Source: a virus
Taxonomy: Duplodnaviria; Caudoviricetes
IMG/VR virus record: IMGVR_UViG_3300046813_000011
Coordinates: 1 to 37,671 of that record
DNA: 37,671 nt
Strand: one strand, 5' to 3'
Part shown: positions 1 to 8,471 of the stretch, piece after piece
Layout of the letters: each line of letters opens with the position of its first letter
Position numbering within the stretch: position 1 is the stretch's first letter
Made by a program: the position numbers and the translations under genes
The notes under the pieces: model-generated
What the model was told of the DNA's origin: nothing
The model's database searches: none
Seen by the model: only the letters and a program-made list of their open reading frames with translations

Positions 1-1
1 G

Positions 2-745
2 ACGTTTAAAATTTAACTTGGCAACTTCATTAGCCAGAATAACTTCAGCTATTTGAGCATCTGACTTGCTCATTAAATCTTCACCATATTCAATACTCAT
101 TGCAGAACGTAACTCAAGACGTTCTTTCATGAAGTTGAATAGTAATTCCGTTCCGTCCAGATCATTGAAGTTATATTGCTTTACAATTTCAATTTCTTCT
201 TCAGTCAATTCTTTATCATCAGGAAAAGGAAGCTCCTGAATACGGGCAGCATGTAACCTAGCCATATAAAGCTTTAAGCTTCCCTTGAGTGGAGATACTT
301 CAATTAAGTCTATGTGGCTGGTTTTATATGTCTGGAATTTGTATTCCTTCTTTAATTCCCAATCCCTCATATTTCTGAAAATAATATCGTTGGTTGCGTC
401 TTTTAGTTTAACCGTATCCTGATAATGATAAGACAGCCATACAATCAAAAGATCAAAATTTATTGAGTTAAAACTAACTGTAGTATAATTTTGCAATATC
501 CATGAGAGAAAACGAGGATTAAAATTACGTTCTTCCCCGCATTCAATGCAGAGAAATTTTCCATTTAATTTAAAATTACAGCAATAGTAGTTAGGAAAAA
601 CCTCAACATCCATAAATATCTTACTACCTACATTATCCAATAGCTCCTGATCACTCAGATACTCCCGTTGAATAAATGGACGTGGCTTGTAAGGTAAGAG
701 TGTTACCTTTGGCTCAGGTGGTGTAATATCAGCGTCAATTAGCAT
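2..745 (-). CDS. Phage DNA polymerase, N-terminal 3'-5' exonuclease region (runs off the window edge)
   Basis: Manual translation from ATG at 745 (MLIDADITPP...). ExoI MDVEVFPNY, ExoII FNSINFD, ExoIII YNFNDLD. Frame is open to the edge; not in the ORF track. Confidence 0.85.
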   Translation of the reverse strand, partial: MLIDADITPPEPKVTLLPYKPRPFIQREYLSDQELLDNVGSKIFMDVEVFPNYYCCNFKLNGKFLCIECGEERNFNPRFLSWILQNYTTVSFNSINFDLLIVWLSYHYQDTVKLKDATNDIIFRNMRDWELKKEYKFQTYKTSHIDLIEVSPLKGSLKLYMARLHAARIQELPFPDDKELTEEEIEIVKQYNFNDLDGTELLFNFMKERLELRSAMSIEYGEDLMSKSDAQIAEVILANEVAKLNFKR

Positions 746-899
746 TAGTTTGACTTTTTAAAATCATATATTTTAAATGAGTAAATTGCCAAGTTTTACT
801 CATATCTCCTAATTCTGGCTTATTAGGATGAACCATCAATACAACTAAAGCTTCCATTATTGCAATTTGATTGCAAATTATTAATTCTTTTTTTCTCAA
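735..899 (-). CDS. Hypothetical 54-aa protein
   Basis: TTG start overlaps the upstream TGA; MRKKELIICNQ...QTNAN*; fills the operon gap. Confidence 0.45.
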   Translation of the reverse strand: MRKKELIICNQIAIMEALVVLMVHPNKPELGDMSKTWQFTHLKYMILKSQTNAN

Positions 900-1120
900 A
901 ACGGTATCTCCCCATCATCTTGATAATCAGGACAACTATTTACGATAATCTCAGTTGGCGGTTTAGCGTTATACTTTCCACATAAATCCAGATCATGTTT
1001 CCAATTCATGCAATTTAAACAGTTCTGAAATATGTGGGAACCAGTAATATTTTTAGTTAAGGTTGTTTGAAGCTCAGCCCATATCTGTTGCCTGATAATT
1101 GGCTTTGGTTCTTTATACAT
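896..1120 (-). CDS. Small Cys-rich protein with an SSB-like acidic tail
   Basis: CLNC...C...C; ends DYQDDGEIPF. Confidence 0.7.
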   Translation of the reverse strand: MYKEPKPIIRQQIWAELQTTLTKNITGSHIFQNCLNCMNWKHDLDLCGKYNAKPPTEIIVNSCPDYQDDGEIPF

Positions 1121-2710
1121 TTAAAACTCTGCTGCTAGTATTTCTGCATGACGCTTATTGACATGAACGCGAATAAATCTAGGACATTTTAATTCTTTAC
1201 TCTTTAAAAGCGCAGCATCAATTGTAGCTGGAGGTTCATCCTTATGACGCCTTCTCCACCAATCCCTAGCCATTTTACCAGCTAGGCCAGAATGTTCAAG
1301 GCAAACCCATTCGCGATATGGCAAGCCGGTAGTGTAGTAAGTTACTTTTAATGTAGGAGGCTTAGTACCATAAAGCGATTTGTGTTTTTCATAATTAGCA
1401 CCTAGCACGTTAAATGTTTCAACGATTGGAGTTTCTTCTAAAGCTCCAGTTCTAATTAATTCTTCTCTACCAGCCTTGGAGTGAATTTTGATTTGAAATT
1501 TAAACTCATTCCCACAATTACAGCAATGAGTAACGCGAGTATGATTGTAAGCTCCGCAAGCTTCGCAAATCTTAACTGGCATATCGCCAGCTTCACTTTT
1601 TTTCATCTTGGGAATTTGAGGATCATTGATAGGACCAAGCCTTAATGTATTGCGAGCAAAGTCCAGCACAAGACAATCCTTTTTTGCCGGTCTAGTACCA
1701 CGTCCTAGCATCTGTACCCAAAGAGGAACGCTTAAAGTTGGGCGAAGCATTCCTATTAAGTCAATTTCGGGATGATTAAATCCTGTCGTAAGTTTTCCAT
1801 AATTAACAATAGCTCTGAGTTGGTTTGCTTTAAAAGCTTTAATTGCTGCATCGTTATAGTCAGATGGGCGCTTGGAATGCACTGGTGCGCAGTCAACTCC
1901 AAAAGCTCCAAGTTGCTCCGCAATGTGTTCAGCGTGTTCAATACCGGAAGCGAAAATAAGCCAAGATTTTCTTCCTGTTCCGGCATGAACTAGCTCCTGT
2001 AATGCTTTATAAGTGATTGGCGCTTTGTCTACTGCGCCTTGCAACTGAGTGGCTACAAATTCGCCTTTGGCAACGCTAACATCTGAAACGTCTAGCTCTG
2101 TTCTGGTGCGAAGTGGAATGAGAGGACACATAAAGCCTTGGCTCAGAAGTTCATTGAAGCCTTCCATGTTTGTCTTATCATAGACAACATCCGTAAACAG
2201 CCCATTCTCTGTGATCATCCCCATGCCCATGCGGTACAGGGTAGCCGACATTCCAATAATTTTTAAATTTGGATTAATCAGTTTCATGAATGCAAAGAAA
2301 GTCTGGTACTGACTACTTTCCTCTGCTGAGACAAGGTGAGCTTCATCAACAAAAGCAATGTCTCTATGACCAAACAATTCAGGATGCTTGATCATACTCT
2401 GGACACCACCAAAGACAATCGGATGTGCAGTTTCTTTTTTCTTCAAGCCTGCTGAATAAATTCCAAGTGGCGCGGTAGGCCATATTGCCAGAAGTTCATT
2501 TACATTCTGTTCAATTAATTCTTTAACATGAGTGATCATCAGGAAACGCTGATCAGGCCAATGCTTCAATATTCCCTTAATGAAAGCAGCAGGAAGAATT
2601 GACTTGCCCGTACCAGTAGGCAAACCGACTAAAGGGTTTCCTGTTTTATGTGTCAGGAAGAAATCATAGAGAGCGTCTAGAGCTTCCTGCTGGTAGTAGC
2701 GAAGGATCAT
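1121..2710 (-). CDS. SF2 DEAH helicase, RadD/YejH-like, with zinc finger
   Basis: Q motif LRYYQ, Walker A PTGTGKS, DEAH, SAT, QMLGRGTR, CEAC..CCNC. Start set at ATG 2710 (ATGA overlap). Confidence 0.93.
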   Translation of the reverse strand: MILRYYQQEALDALYDFFLTHKTGNPLVGLPTGTGKSILPAAFIKGILKHWPDQRFLMITHVKELIEQNVNELLAIWPTAPLGIYSAGLKKKETAHPIVFGGVQSMIKHPELFGHRDIAFVDEAHLVSAEESSQYQTFFAFMKLINPNLKIIGMSATLYRMGMGMITENGLFTDVVYDKTNMEGFNELLSQGFMCPLIPLRTRTELDVSDVSVAKGEFVATQLQGAVDKAPITYKALQELVHAGTGRKSWLIFASGIEHAEHIAEQLGAFGVDCAPVHSKRPSDYNDAAIKAFKANQLRAIVNYGKLTTGFNHPEIDLIGMLRPTLSVPLWVQMLGRGTRPAKKDCLVLDFARNTLRLGPINDPQIPKMKKSEAGDMPVKICEACGAYNHTRVTHCCNCGNEFKFQIKIHSKAGREELIRTGALEETPIVETFNVLGANYEKHKSLYGTKPPTLKVTYYTTGLPYREWVCLEHSGLAGKMARDWWRRRHKDEPPATIDAALLKSKELKCPRFIRVHVNKRHAEILAAEF

Positions 2711-3039
2711 TGATGCTTTGCCGGTTCTACACAATAGCCTTGCTTCATCATATCTTGAACAGCTTTAGCATAACCTTTTTCTTCTGCTTCTTTGACTTTA
2801 GAATTAATTTCATCATTTAAAGCAAACATAGCTCTTTGGAGTGGCTGATTATCGTCTTGATATAATCTAATTTCTTGCTCTAATCCTCTTACATACTTTA
2901 TAAATTCTTCTTGATGCTGCATTAATTTACAAGCTGGTACATCAGCTTCGCAAGCTTCAAAAACTCCAAAATGTTCTGCTGCTTTATCTTTATTAGTAAA
3001 GACTTCATCGCAGAAGTAACAACGCCATTTCTTTTTCAT
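2707..3039 (-). CDS. Hypothetical protein with N-terminal CxxC..H and a coiled coil
   Basis: WRCYFCDEVF...AEHF; ATGA overlaps on both sides. Confidence 0.7.
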   Translation of the reverse strand: MKKKWRCYFCDEVFTNKDKAAEHFGVFEACEADVPACKLMQHQEEFIKYVRGLEQEIRLYQDDNQPLQRAMFALNDEINSKVKEAEEKGYAKAVQDMMKQGYCVEPAKHQ

Positions 3040-3896
3040 ATTGCTAGCCAGTTATCACAACCAAGCTTGATAAAATCTTGCGGGATTGTTGTATTATGTA
3101 AATTGCAACGCCATTCGGCATTTTCTATTGGTTCTGAGTGCTTACAACTCCTACAATTCTTTTCTGGTATCGCTCCGTTATGACATATATCTTTTTGGTG
3201 ACACCACTTGCAAGCTTGTAATGCTGGATTTTCAGATATGCGTGGTGGCGGTTCTTTGGAGAAGATGATTTGCTCTGCTTTTTTTTCAAGCTGTGCTCCA
3301 TAATTCCAATCAAGCTCCAGAACTTTAATTGTTAAATCACTATCGTTCTTATTCTCAATCATGTAGATGCAGTATTTGATACCACGCTTGTACCCATACT
3401 GGCATTCCTGCGCCCAATGGCGAGGTTTAGCTTTGGATAGAGCTTCCTTACTTACCTTCTCAAATCCTGCTCCAGTGTTATTAGTTTTGAAGCTGAGCGA
3501 TATAAGGACATCTTCAGATAATTGATATTTTGCTGGAGCTTTAGCAATACCGTCCAGTGAACCGCCATAGTGCCCCAAAGCTCCAGAAATTCTAAACTGC
3601 TTACCATCTTCATCAAATTCCTTAACATCAAACCCAATGCCTTTGAGATAAGTTACAAAGCGTGGCTCAGCAGAGTGCCCAACATTAAATAGGCGCATCA
3701 TGCGTCCATCAAAACGTTCTTTCTTAGTCCATCTGAAACCATACCAGAGCTTGCGCCAGCATTCTTCTCCTAGCTCTGAAGCTCCTAGATGGTTTCTGTG
3801 ACCTTGCTCGTAATAATCAGCACAAAATTCATCTATATCATTTGATATAAATTCTTCTAAATTTTCTCTGTCAGTAGGATTAGAAAGGTTAAGCAT
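3036..3896 (-). CDS. Cas4-like / PD-(D/E)XK exonuclease
   Basis: HLGASELGEECWR, GH..E, SLDG, SFKT, and C-terminal CKWC...C...CRSC Cys cluster. Confidence 0.85.
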   Translation of the reverse strand: MLNLSNPTDRENLEEFISNDIDEFCADYYEQGHRNHLGASELGEECWRKLWYGFRWTKKERFDGRMMRLFNVGHSAEPRFVTYLKGIGFDVKEFDEDGKQFRISGALGHYGGSLDGIAKAPAKYQLSEDVLISLSFKTNNTGAGFEKVSKEALSKAKPRHWAQECQYGYKRGIKYCIYMIENKNDSDLTIKVLELDWNYGAQLEKKAEQIIFSKEPPPRISENPALQACKWCHQKDICHNGAIPEKNCRSCKHSEPIENAEWRCNLHNTTIPQDFIKLGCDNWLAI

Positions 3897-4083
3897 AATA
3901 TTCCAATTTCCAACCTTTGATATTACAATAATTTGAAATCTTATTAAAATTCCAACCTTTCATGTATTTAATTATAGGGGCTATGTTTTCATTAGTCATA
4001 TCGTATCCAGCTACAAAATGTGGCGCAGTTATTCTAATTAACATGATATTCCTATAAAAATGCTCTGCTGGATTGGAGGGCAT
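3889..4083 (-). CDS. Hypothetical protein
   Basis: RITAPHFVAG...APIIKYMKGW, a small phage-type protein; in operon. Confidence 0.6.
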   Translation of the reverse strand: MPSNPAEHFYRNIMLIRITAPHFVAGYDMTNENIAPIIKYMKGWNFNKISNYCNIKGWKLEYYA

Positions 4084-4132
4084 TTATTCCAGCAGAGCTA
4101 GTTTACACGCTATGACTTCTATCTGTTGCGTT

Positions 4133-4771
4133 TTAGCGTGATCCCCAAGGTGGATTAGAGCTAGGAGCATTGCCAGAGTTGGGTTGCCATGCCCCTCCAG
4201 CTTGATTAGGAGCTTGCTGAGCAGGGTTTGGAGCTTGAGCCTGTCCAGTAGCCCAACCACCTCCCGGCTGCTGTGTAAGCGGCTGTCCTTGAGGCTGAGA
4301 GGCATTTGGCTGAGCCTGTTGGGGAGCTTGCTGTTGTGCTGGCTTGGACGGATCATTGCCAGCCAAGTCATATACCTTCTTTAATTCGGTATAGCCCTTG
4401 CGATCAGGAAAATTAGGATCAGGTTCCTCGCCTTTCTGATATCCAACATCCATTAAACCCTTTGCACCGCGCAATGCAGCACATTCATTCATGCCGTCAA
4501 TCTTGTAGACACCAGTAGCACGGCATAGAGCAGAGAGTTGACCATAAGCCATTTCAACTGCTTTTGGATTAGCGTTATTGATATTGTAGTTCTGAATAAT
4601 CATCCCCATAGGAGAAGTAAACTCTACTGCCAAATATCCACCAGTCTTATCCTTGGTTTCTTTAATGGCAGTATTAGAGATAGTAAACGGAACCTTTTGG
4701 GCTGGAGGATGACTACCAAAACCCTGATTAGGCTCATGTGATTGAGCATCGAAAGACCATTGAACTTGCAT
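4133..4771 (-). CDS. DUF669-type single-stranded DNA-binding protein
   Basis: FTISNTAIKETKD..GGYLAVEF, N.N..AVEMA..QLSALC; Gln/Pro/Gly-rich tail; lies near the Sak4-like and exonuclease genes. Confidence 0.75.
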   Translation of the reverse strand: MQVQWSFDAQSHEPNQGFGSHPPAQKVPFTISNTAIKETKDKTGGYLAVEFTSPMGMIIQNYNINNANPKAVEMAYGQLSALCRATGVYKIDGMNECAALRGAKGLMDVGYQKGEEPDPNFPDRKGYTELKKVYDLAGNDPSKPAQQQAPQQAQPNASQPQGQPLTQQPGGGWATGQAQAPNPAQQAPNQAGGAWQPNSGNAPSSNPPWGSR

Positions 4772-4777
4772 GTTTGA

Positions 4778-5044
4778 TTAACCTGTTAAACCTTTGACTG
4801 CCCACATGACAGCCTCTTCTATTTTCGTTTTAGCAACTGAGTATTCACGTTTGTTACCAAGCTGATCCACCAAAGATAAAAAGTTTAATCCTAAATCTTT
4901 GATAGCTACCATTTGAGATTTTTCAGCATCAGTTAAAACCCTGTACTGATGGCGCACAGTATTATTAACTGTACGTTTATCGCTATCAGATTTTAGATAG
5001 CTAACAGCTTTATCTAAAGCCTCTTGGGTTTCATCTTCCTCCAT
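4778..5044 (-). CDS. Acb2/Tad1-like cyclic nucleotide sponge (putative anti-defence protein)
   Basis: YRVLTDAEKSQMVAIK resembles the Acb2 YRDLS.EE..MN.VK segment; REYSVAKTKIEEAVMW resembles the Tad1 helix. Confidence 0.7.
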   Translation of the reverse strand: MEEDETQEALDKAVSYLKSDSDKRTVNNTVRHQYRVLTDAEKSQMVAIKDLGLNFLSLVDQLGNKREYSVAKTKIEEAVMWAVKGLTG

Positions 5045-5244
5045 TACATCATATCCTTTATGCGTTGCGTTTGTGCATTAATTCTCATGATCAGTTCATC
5101 AATGGCATCTTCCATTTCATCCATTGTTGAACCAACTTCAGCCAGTTGATATGCTGCTCCAATACCTTCAGCTATAGTTGGAGCTTTACGTTTAGCAGCC
5201 CATGCCTTCTTAGCTGCTAGGCTACGCTTTTTGCTCTTTGCCAT
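5044..5244 (-). CDS. Hypothetical protein with basic N-terminus
   Basis: RSLAAKKAWAAKR; TAATG coupling to neighbours. Confidence 0.65.
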   Translation of the reverse strand: MAKSKKRSLAAKKAWAAKRKAPTIAEGIGAAYQLAEVGSTMDEMEDAIDELIMRINAQTQRIKDMM

Positions 5245-5381
5245 TAGCTCAGCACCTTCTCTAGCTTGGCTATTTTTGAGTAGAGAATTTTAATATCAGC
5301 AGCCATTTGTCTGATATTAATTACCTTGTATGGTCCTACCTTAACTCCCGGCTTACGTCCCGGTTTTGCCTTCTTAGCCAT
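5244..5381 (-). CDS. Hypothetical 45-aa basic protein
   Basis: MAKKAKPGRKPGVKVGPY...; AT-hook-like motif; translationally coupled. Confidence 0.55.
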   Translation of the reverse strand: MAKKAKPGRKPGVKVGPYKVINIRQMAADIKILYSKIAKLEKVLS

Positions 5382-5598
5382 TTGTTTGTCCCCATCCTTG
5401 GTTTATTGTTGTTACGTCTGCTGGTTTAGTTTCAGGCTTACTTTCTTCCTTGAACGCTTTAAGACGCTTATTTAAATAATTAATACGTTCAACATTTTCA
5501 TCACGGCTATCATCATCATAAATTTGATTACCATGATTAGCAATTAAAGTTTTAATTTCATCTTCAGTCAAATTTACTGCTTTAGTTTCTGCTGGCAT
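5374..5598 (-). CDS. Hypothetical protein
   Basis: ORF in operon; ends QGWGQTNG. Confidence 0.65.
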   Translation of the reverse strand: MPAETKAVNLTEDEIKTLIANHGNQIYDDDSRDENVERINYLNKRLKAFKEESKPETKPADVTTINQGWGQTNG

Positions 5599-5793
5599 TT
5601 AAATAAATCCTTTTTCTAGTGCTAGCCATTCTGGCATTGTAAAAGTTTTATCCCCGTCATATTCAACCTGAGACTTAGGAACCCAAGTTGTAATTTCTTT
5701 ATCCTTAGTACTTCTTCCATCATAAATCAGATAAGCTTTATCTGTTTCATGTCTCAGTTGAGCAGTTATATCTATTAATTCTTTTTTAGGCAT
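5599..5793 (-). CDS. Small phage hypothetical protein
   Basis: ETDKAYLI...WVPKSQ...MPEWLA.EKG, a pattern I recognise from small phage beta-proteins. Confidence 0.7.
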   Translation of the reverse strand: MPKKELIDITAQLRHETDKAYLIYDGRSTKDKEITTWVPKSQVEYDGDKTFTMPEWLALEKGFI

Positions 5794-5796
5794 GGC

Positions 5797-6513
5797 TTAA
5801 TAATTCATTATTGGTGGAGCATTCATCGCCTTTAACACTAACTCGCCAAAGTGAGGCTTCTCAAAATCATTCAAGTTACCAGTTCTATTCCTAGCCATTA
5901 TATTCATCGTGCCATTACAATGAAACGCTAATGTTTCTCCTACTACTCCCGGTACATTTGTTTTAGCTACTCTGATAATAAAATCATACAAATGAGGAAC
6001 ATCAACAGGCAAGACTTGACCGGGAAAGTATGGCCTTCTTAATGATTGGAAATCAATATCAGCTATCTGCTCTTTACAAATCATATAAACATGCTTGTAA
6101 CGAGTGTAATAAAGCGTCCTTAAATGCTCCATCGTATTTGAAGCCATTTCACCATAAGCAGCCATACCATGCTTTTTATTTCCCTGCTTACTTGTACCTT
6201 GCATGGCAGCATTCAAATAAATGTCTGCTACTTGGCTTCCGCTGTCAATACCTAATGTATCAAAATTCTTAGTCTCAGTTGAATTAAAAAACCATTTAAA
6301 AAATTCATCTACCCTTTGTGAAGTGTAAGCTTCAAATGTGGGAATAGATGATCCTCGCATTGAGAGCAAGCCTGCTTCAGTCGCCAATAAAACAGGACGT
6401 GGTGCAGTATTTAAAATTGGTGTCTTGCCCGTTCCAGCAGGACCATAGATGATAGCCTTGATCCCAAAGTTCTGTGCGTGTTCACTGGCAGCTTTTAAAT
6501 CGCGAATGTCCAT
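5797..6513 (-). CDS. Sak4-like AAA ATPase (AAA_24) recombination protein
   Basis: IYGPAGTGKT, EAGLLS, LGIDSGS, ARNRTG. Start placed at ATG 6513. Confidence 0.85.
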   Translation of the reverse strand: MDIRDLKAASEHAQNFGIKAIIYGPAGTGKTPILNTAPRPVLLATEAGLLSMRGSSIPTFEAYTSQRVDEFFKWFFNSTETKNFDTLGIDSGSQVADIYLNAAMQGTSKQGNKKHGMAAYGEMASNTMEHLRTLYYTRYKHVYMICKEQIADIDFQSLRRPYFPGQVLPVDVPHLYDFIIRVAKTNVPGVVGETLAFHCNGTMNIMARNRTGNLNDFEKPHFGELVLKAMNAPPIMNY

Positions 6514-6677
6514 CAGGCTTTTTCCCAACGCTTAAGGGCATCCATTAATTTTAAATCAGGTACAACTTGATTGGAATATTGGCCTTGCGTTGCGTAAGCT
6601 CCTAGACGAATAGCGCACCAATACACGATGGATTTTGGCAAACGCCAAACTATAAACATCAAGATTTTTTCTTTCAT
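6513..6677 (-). CDS. Hypothetical 54-aa protein
   Basis: MKEKILMFIVWRLPKSIVYWCAIR...; overlapping start/stop codons with both neighbours. Confidence 0.6.
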   Translation of the reverse strand: MKEKILMFIVWRLPKSIVYWCAIRLGAYATQGQYSNQVVPDLKLMDALKRWEKA

Positions 6678-6952
6678 AGCCTTGGCTCTCTAGGTTTGAG
6701 ACTACAGATAGGGCAATACTCAGTTAGCCCTCTACCCTTCATTTTCATTTCACTCTTGCGAGGAACTTGAAGCCAAGTTTTGGCAAGAGTAAATGTGATA
6801 TTATTGGCTTTTAAAACTTTAGTTATGTTTGCACCACGTCCATTTCTATGATCATCAATTCTATTCTCAATACCAGAATAAGCAATCCCCAAATAATGTT
6901 TGGCATGTTTGTAAGGGGTATCAAAGTGAAGTAGGTAAAGGTCAACTTTCAT
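6674..6952 (-). CDS. Stand-alone GIY-YIG nuclease
   Basis: LYLLHF...HYLG...RIDDHRNGRGA...E.KMK, CPIC. Confidence 0.8.
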   Translation of the reverse strand: MKVDLYLLHFDTPYKHAKHYLGIAYSGIENRIDDHRNGRGANITKVLKANNITFTLAKTWLQVPRKSEMKMKGRGLTEYCPICSLKPREPRL

Positions 6953-7497
6953 TTCTTAGGAGCTTTAATCTCAAGTGTAGGAGCAGCTTCAGTAATCGTC
7001 AACATTTCTTCAATGATGCTTAAAGCAGTAATTGCAAACTGGCTACCTTTGGTTTTATCCTCCTGTAGCTGGCGATACTCAGTCAGAAGAAAGTTAGGCT
7101 TCCAACTGACAAGACGTTCTGCAATGGCTGATCCTGCTGTACCCATAGCTGATAATTTTTCCAGAGTAGTTTCAACAGTGTCATTATCAGCCAAATTATA
7201 ATTAAATTTAACGCCAGCTTTAAGGGTATATCCACTACCCAAATCCTTATTGTTCATGCCTTCTTCAGCTTTGGGAAACTCCCGCTTCACAATATATTTG
7301 CGAAGGTCCATTTCTTCAGCTTTGGCAAATTCAATAGCATCTTTCTTTTTCTGCCAAAGAATTAGCAAGGCATCTTCATTCATTCCATCCCAAGGATTAG
7401 ATGGAGTTGGGTTTGAAGGCCAATCTTTAATTTGACCTTGTTCTATTTGATTTGAAGGCCATTGGCCTGACATATCGGTAGGACTTTGCCAACTCAT
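6949..7497 (-). CDS. Hypothetical replication-module protein with W-P-S-N repeats at the N-terminus
   Basis: ORF track; QWPSN, DWPSN, SNPW; helical core EEMDLRK. Confidence 0.75.
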   Translation of the reverse strand: MSWQSPTDMSGQWPSNQIEQGQIKDWPSNPTPSNPWDGMNEDALLILWQKKKDAIEFAKAEEMDLRKYIVKREFPKAEEGMNNKDLGSGYTLKAGVKFNYNLADNDTVETTLEKLSAMGTAGSAIAERLVSWKPNFLLTEYRQLQEDKTKGSQFAITALSIIEEMLTITEAAPTLEIKAPKK

Positions 7498-7503
7498 TTA
7501 AAA

Positions 7504-7683
7504 TTATCCTCCAAGCTCTTTTAAAGCTGATTGTAGATCAGTTAACTCTAGTATTGCAGATTGCAATTCGTTATTTTTATTTTCGAGCTTAGCTATGAGT
7601 AAATCTTTCTCAGACTGCAAACTATTTACCTGCGTCTGCTTATATATGATAGCGTCTTTTATTTGTAATTTTGCGTAGCTCAT
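7504..7683 (-). CDS. Hypothetical coiled-coil protein, 59 aa
   Basis: MSYAKLQIKDAIIYKQ...; ATGA overlap. Confidence 0.55.
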   Translation of the reverse strand: MSYAKLQIKDAIIYKQTQVNSLQSEKDLLIAKLENKNNELQSAILELTDLQSALKELGG

Positions 7684-8000
7684 TGCTTAGGCCATCCATT
7701 AACTAAATTCCTTGTAGCTGCACTCATACCATCAGCTTCAACTTGCAATGCGATTTTGTTAGCTGATGGCGTATCAAGATTACCTTCAACATGATCAAAG
7801 ACACCAGCACGATCAAATAAGAGCGCAATCTTGATATCAATCAAATCAAGAAAGGCATCATCAGCATGATCATACTTGTCTATAGGAAGGATTTTTGAAT
7901 GAGCATAAAGATATGCTCTACGCATTTGGGTACGGACATCTTGGTACAAGGCTCTATCGTCAACAGACAAGCCTTTAAGCACGTCACGAATATCTGGCAT
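7680..8000 (-). CDS. Hypothetical protein
   Basis: GGAG RBS upstream; first full-size gene of the leftward operon. Confidence 0.7.
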   Translation of the reverse strand: MPDIRDVLKGLSVDDRALYQDVRTQMRRAYLYAHSKILPIDKYDHADDAFLDLIDIKIALLFDRAGVFDHVEGNLDTPSANKIALQVEADGMSAATRNLVNGWPKQ

Positions 8001-8088
8001 TATTTTCTCCGGGGAAATGCATTAATTATTCTATCATTTAATTATTTGGGGATAGTGGTTAAAGATTTTATAGCCTCTCCAATTGGAG

Positions 8089-8112
8089 CTACTTTTTAGG
8101 TAGACGGCTCAT
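8089..8112 (-). CDS. Putative 7-aa leader minigene (MSRLPKK)
   Basis: Strong RBS AAAGGAG 5 nt before the ATG; the stop overlaps a CTCCAATTGGAG palindrome. Confidence 0.4.
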   Translation of the reverse strand: MSRLPKK

Positions 8113-8164
8113 GAGTACTCCTTTCGTTAAAGTTCCTTTAATCCACAAGGGATCAGCGAATGAC

Positions 8165-8200
8165 AGAAGCTTGACAGGCAGCTTAAACCGTGTCAAGGGT
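8165..8200. promoter_or_regulatory. Divergent control region with CTTGACA...TGTCAAG inverted repeat
   Basis: A TTGACA -35 box on each strand, between the divergent operons; the -10 boxes are weak. Confidence 0.5.
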
Positions 8201-8232
8201 AAAAATCATCATTTCAAGGAAAAAGTTGGAAC

Positions 8233-8442
8233 ATGACTATTAGAGAAAAAGAAAAAAGATTTAACATCACGTTAAGTCAGGCTGACTTGGAAATGGTTAT
8301 CCAATTAAAAGAACAGTTGAATAGAGAATTAACAATGGACCTATCAACTGCTCAAGTAATAAGACGTTTGCTTAAGCAGGCTGTGTTAAGCAGCACTTCT
8401 ATTGCTGAGGAAACGTTATCATTAAATAATAATCAACAATAA
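8233..8442 (+). CDS. Putative ribbon-helix-helix DNA-binding regulator
   Basis: KRFNITLS beta-strand followed by two helices (STAQVIRRLL); first gene of the rightward operon. Confidence 0.5.
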   Translation: MTIREKEKRFNITLSQADLEMVIQLKEQLNRELTMDLSTAQVIRRLLKQAVLSSTSIAEETLSLNNNQQ

Positions 8443-8471
8443 TTCCCACACTATTACTTCAAGGCATAACT

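Noticed and set aside
4084-4371. Alternate-frame and antisense ORFs in the track (e.g. 4084..4371, 22450..22995, 20763..21089)
   Set aside because: They overlap well-supported genes, and I saw no convincing RBS or recognisable motifs; they are treated as shadow ORFs.
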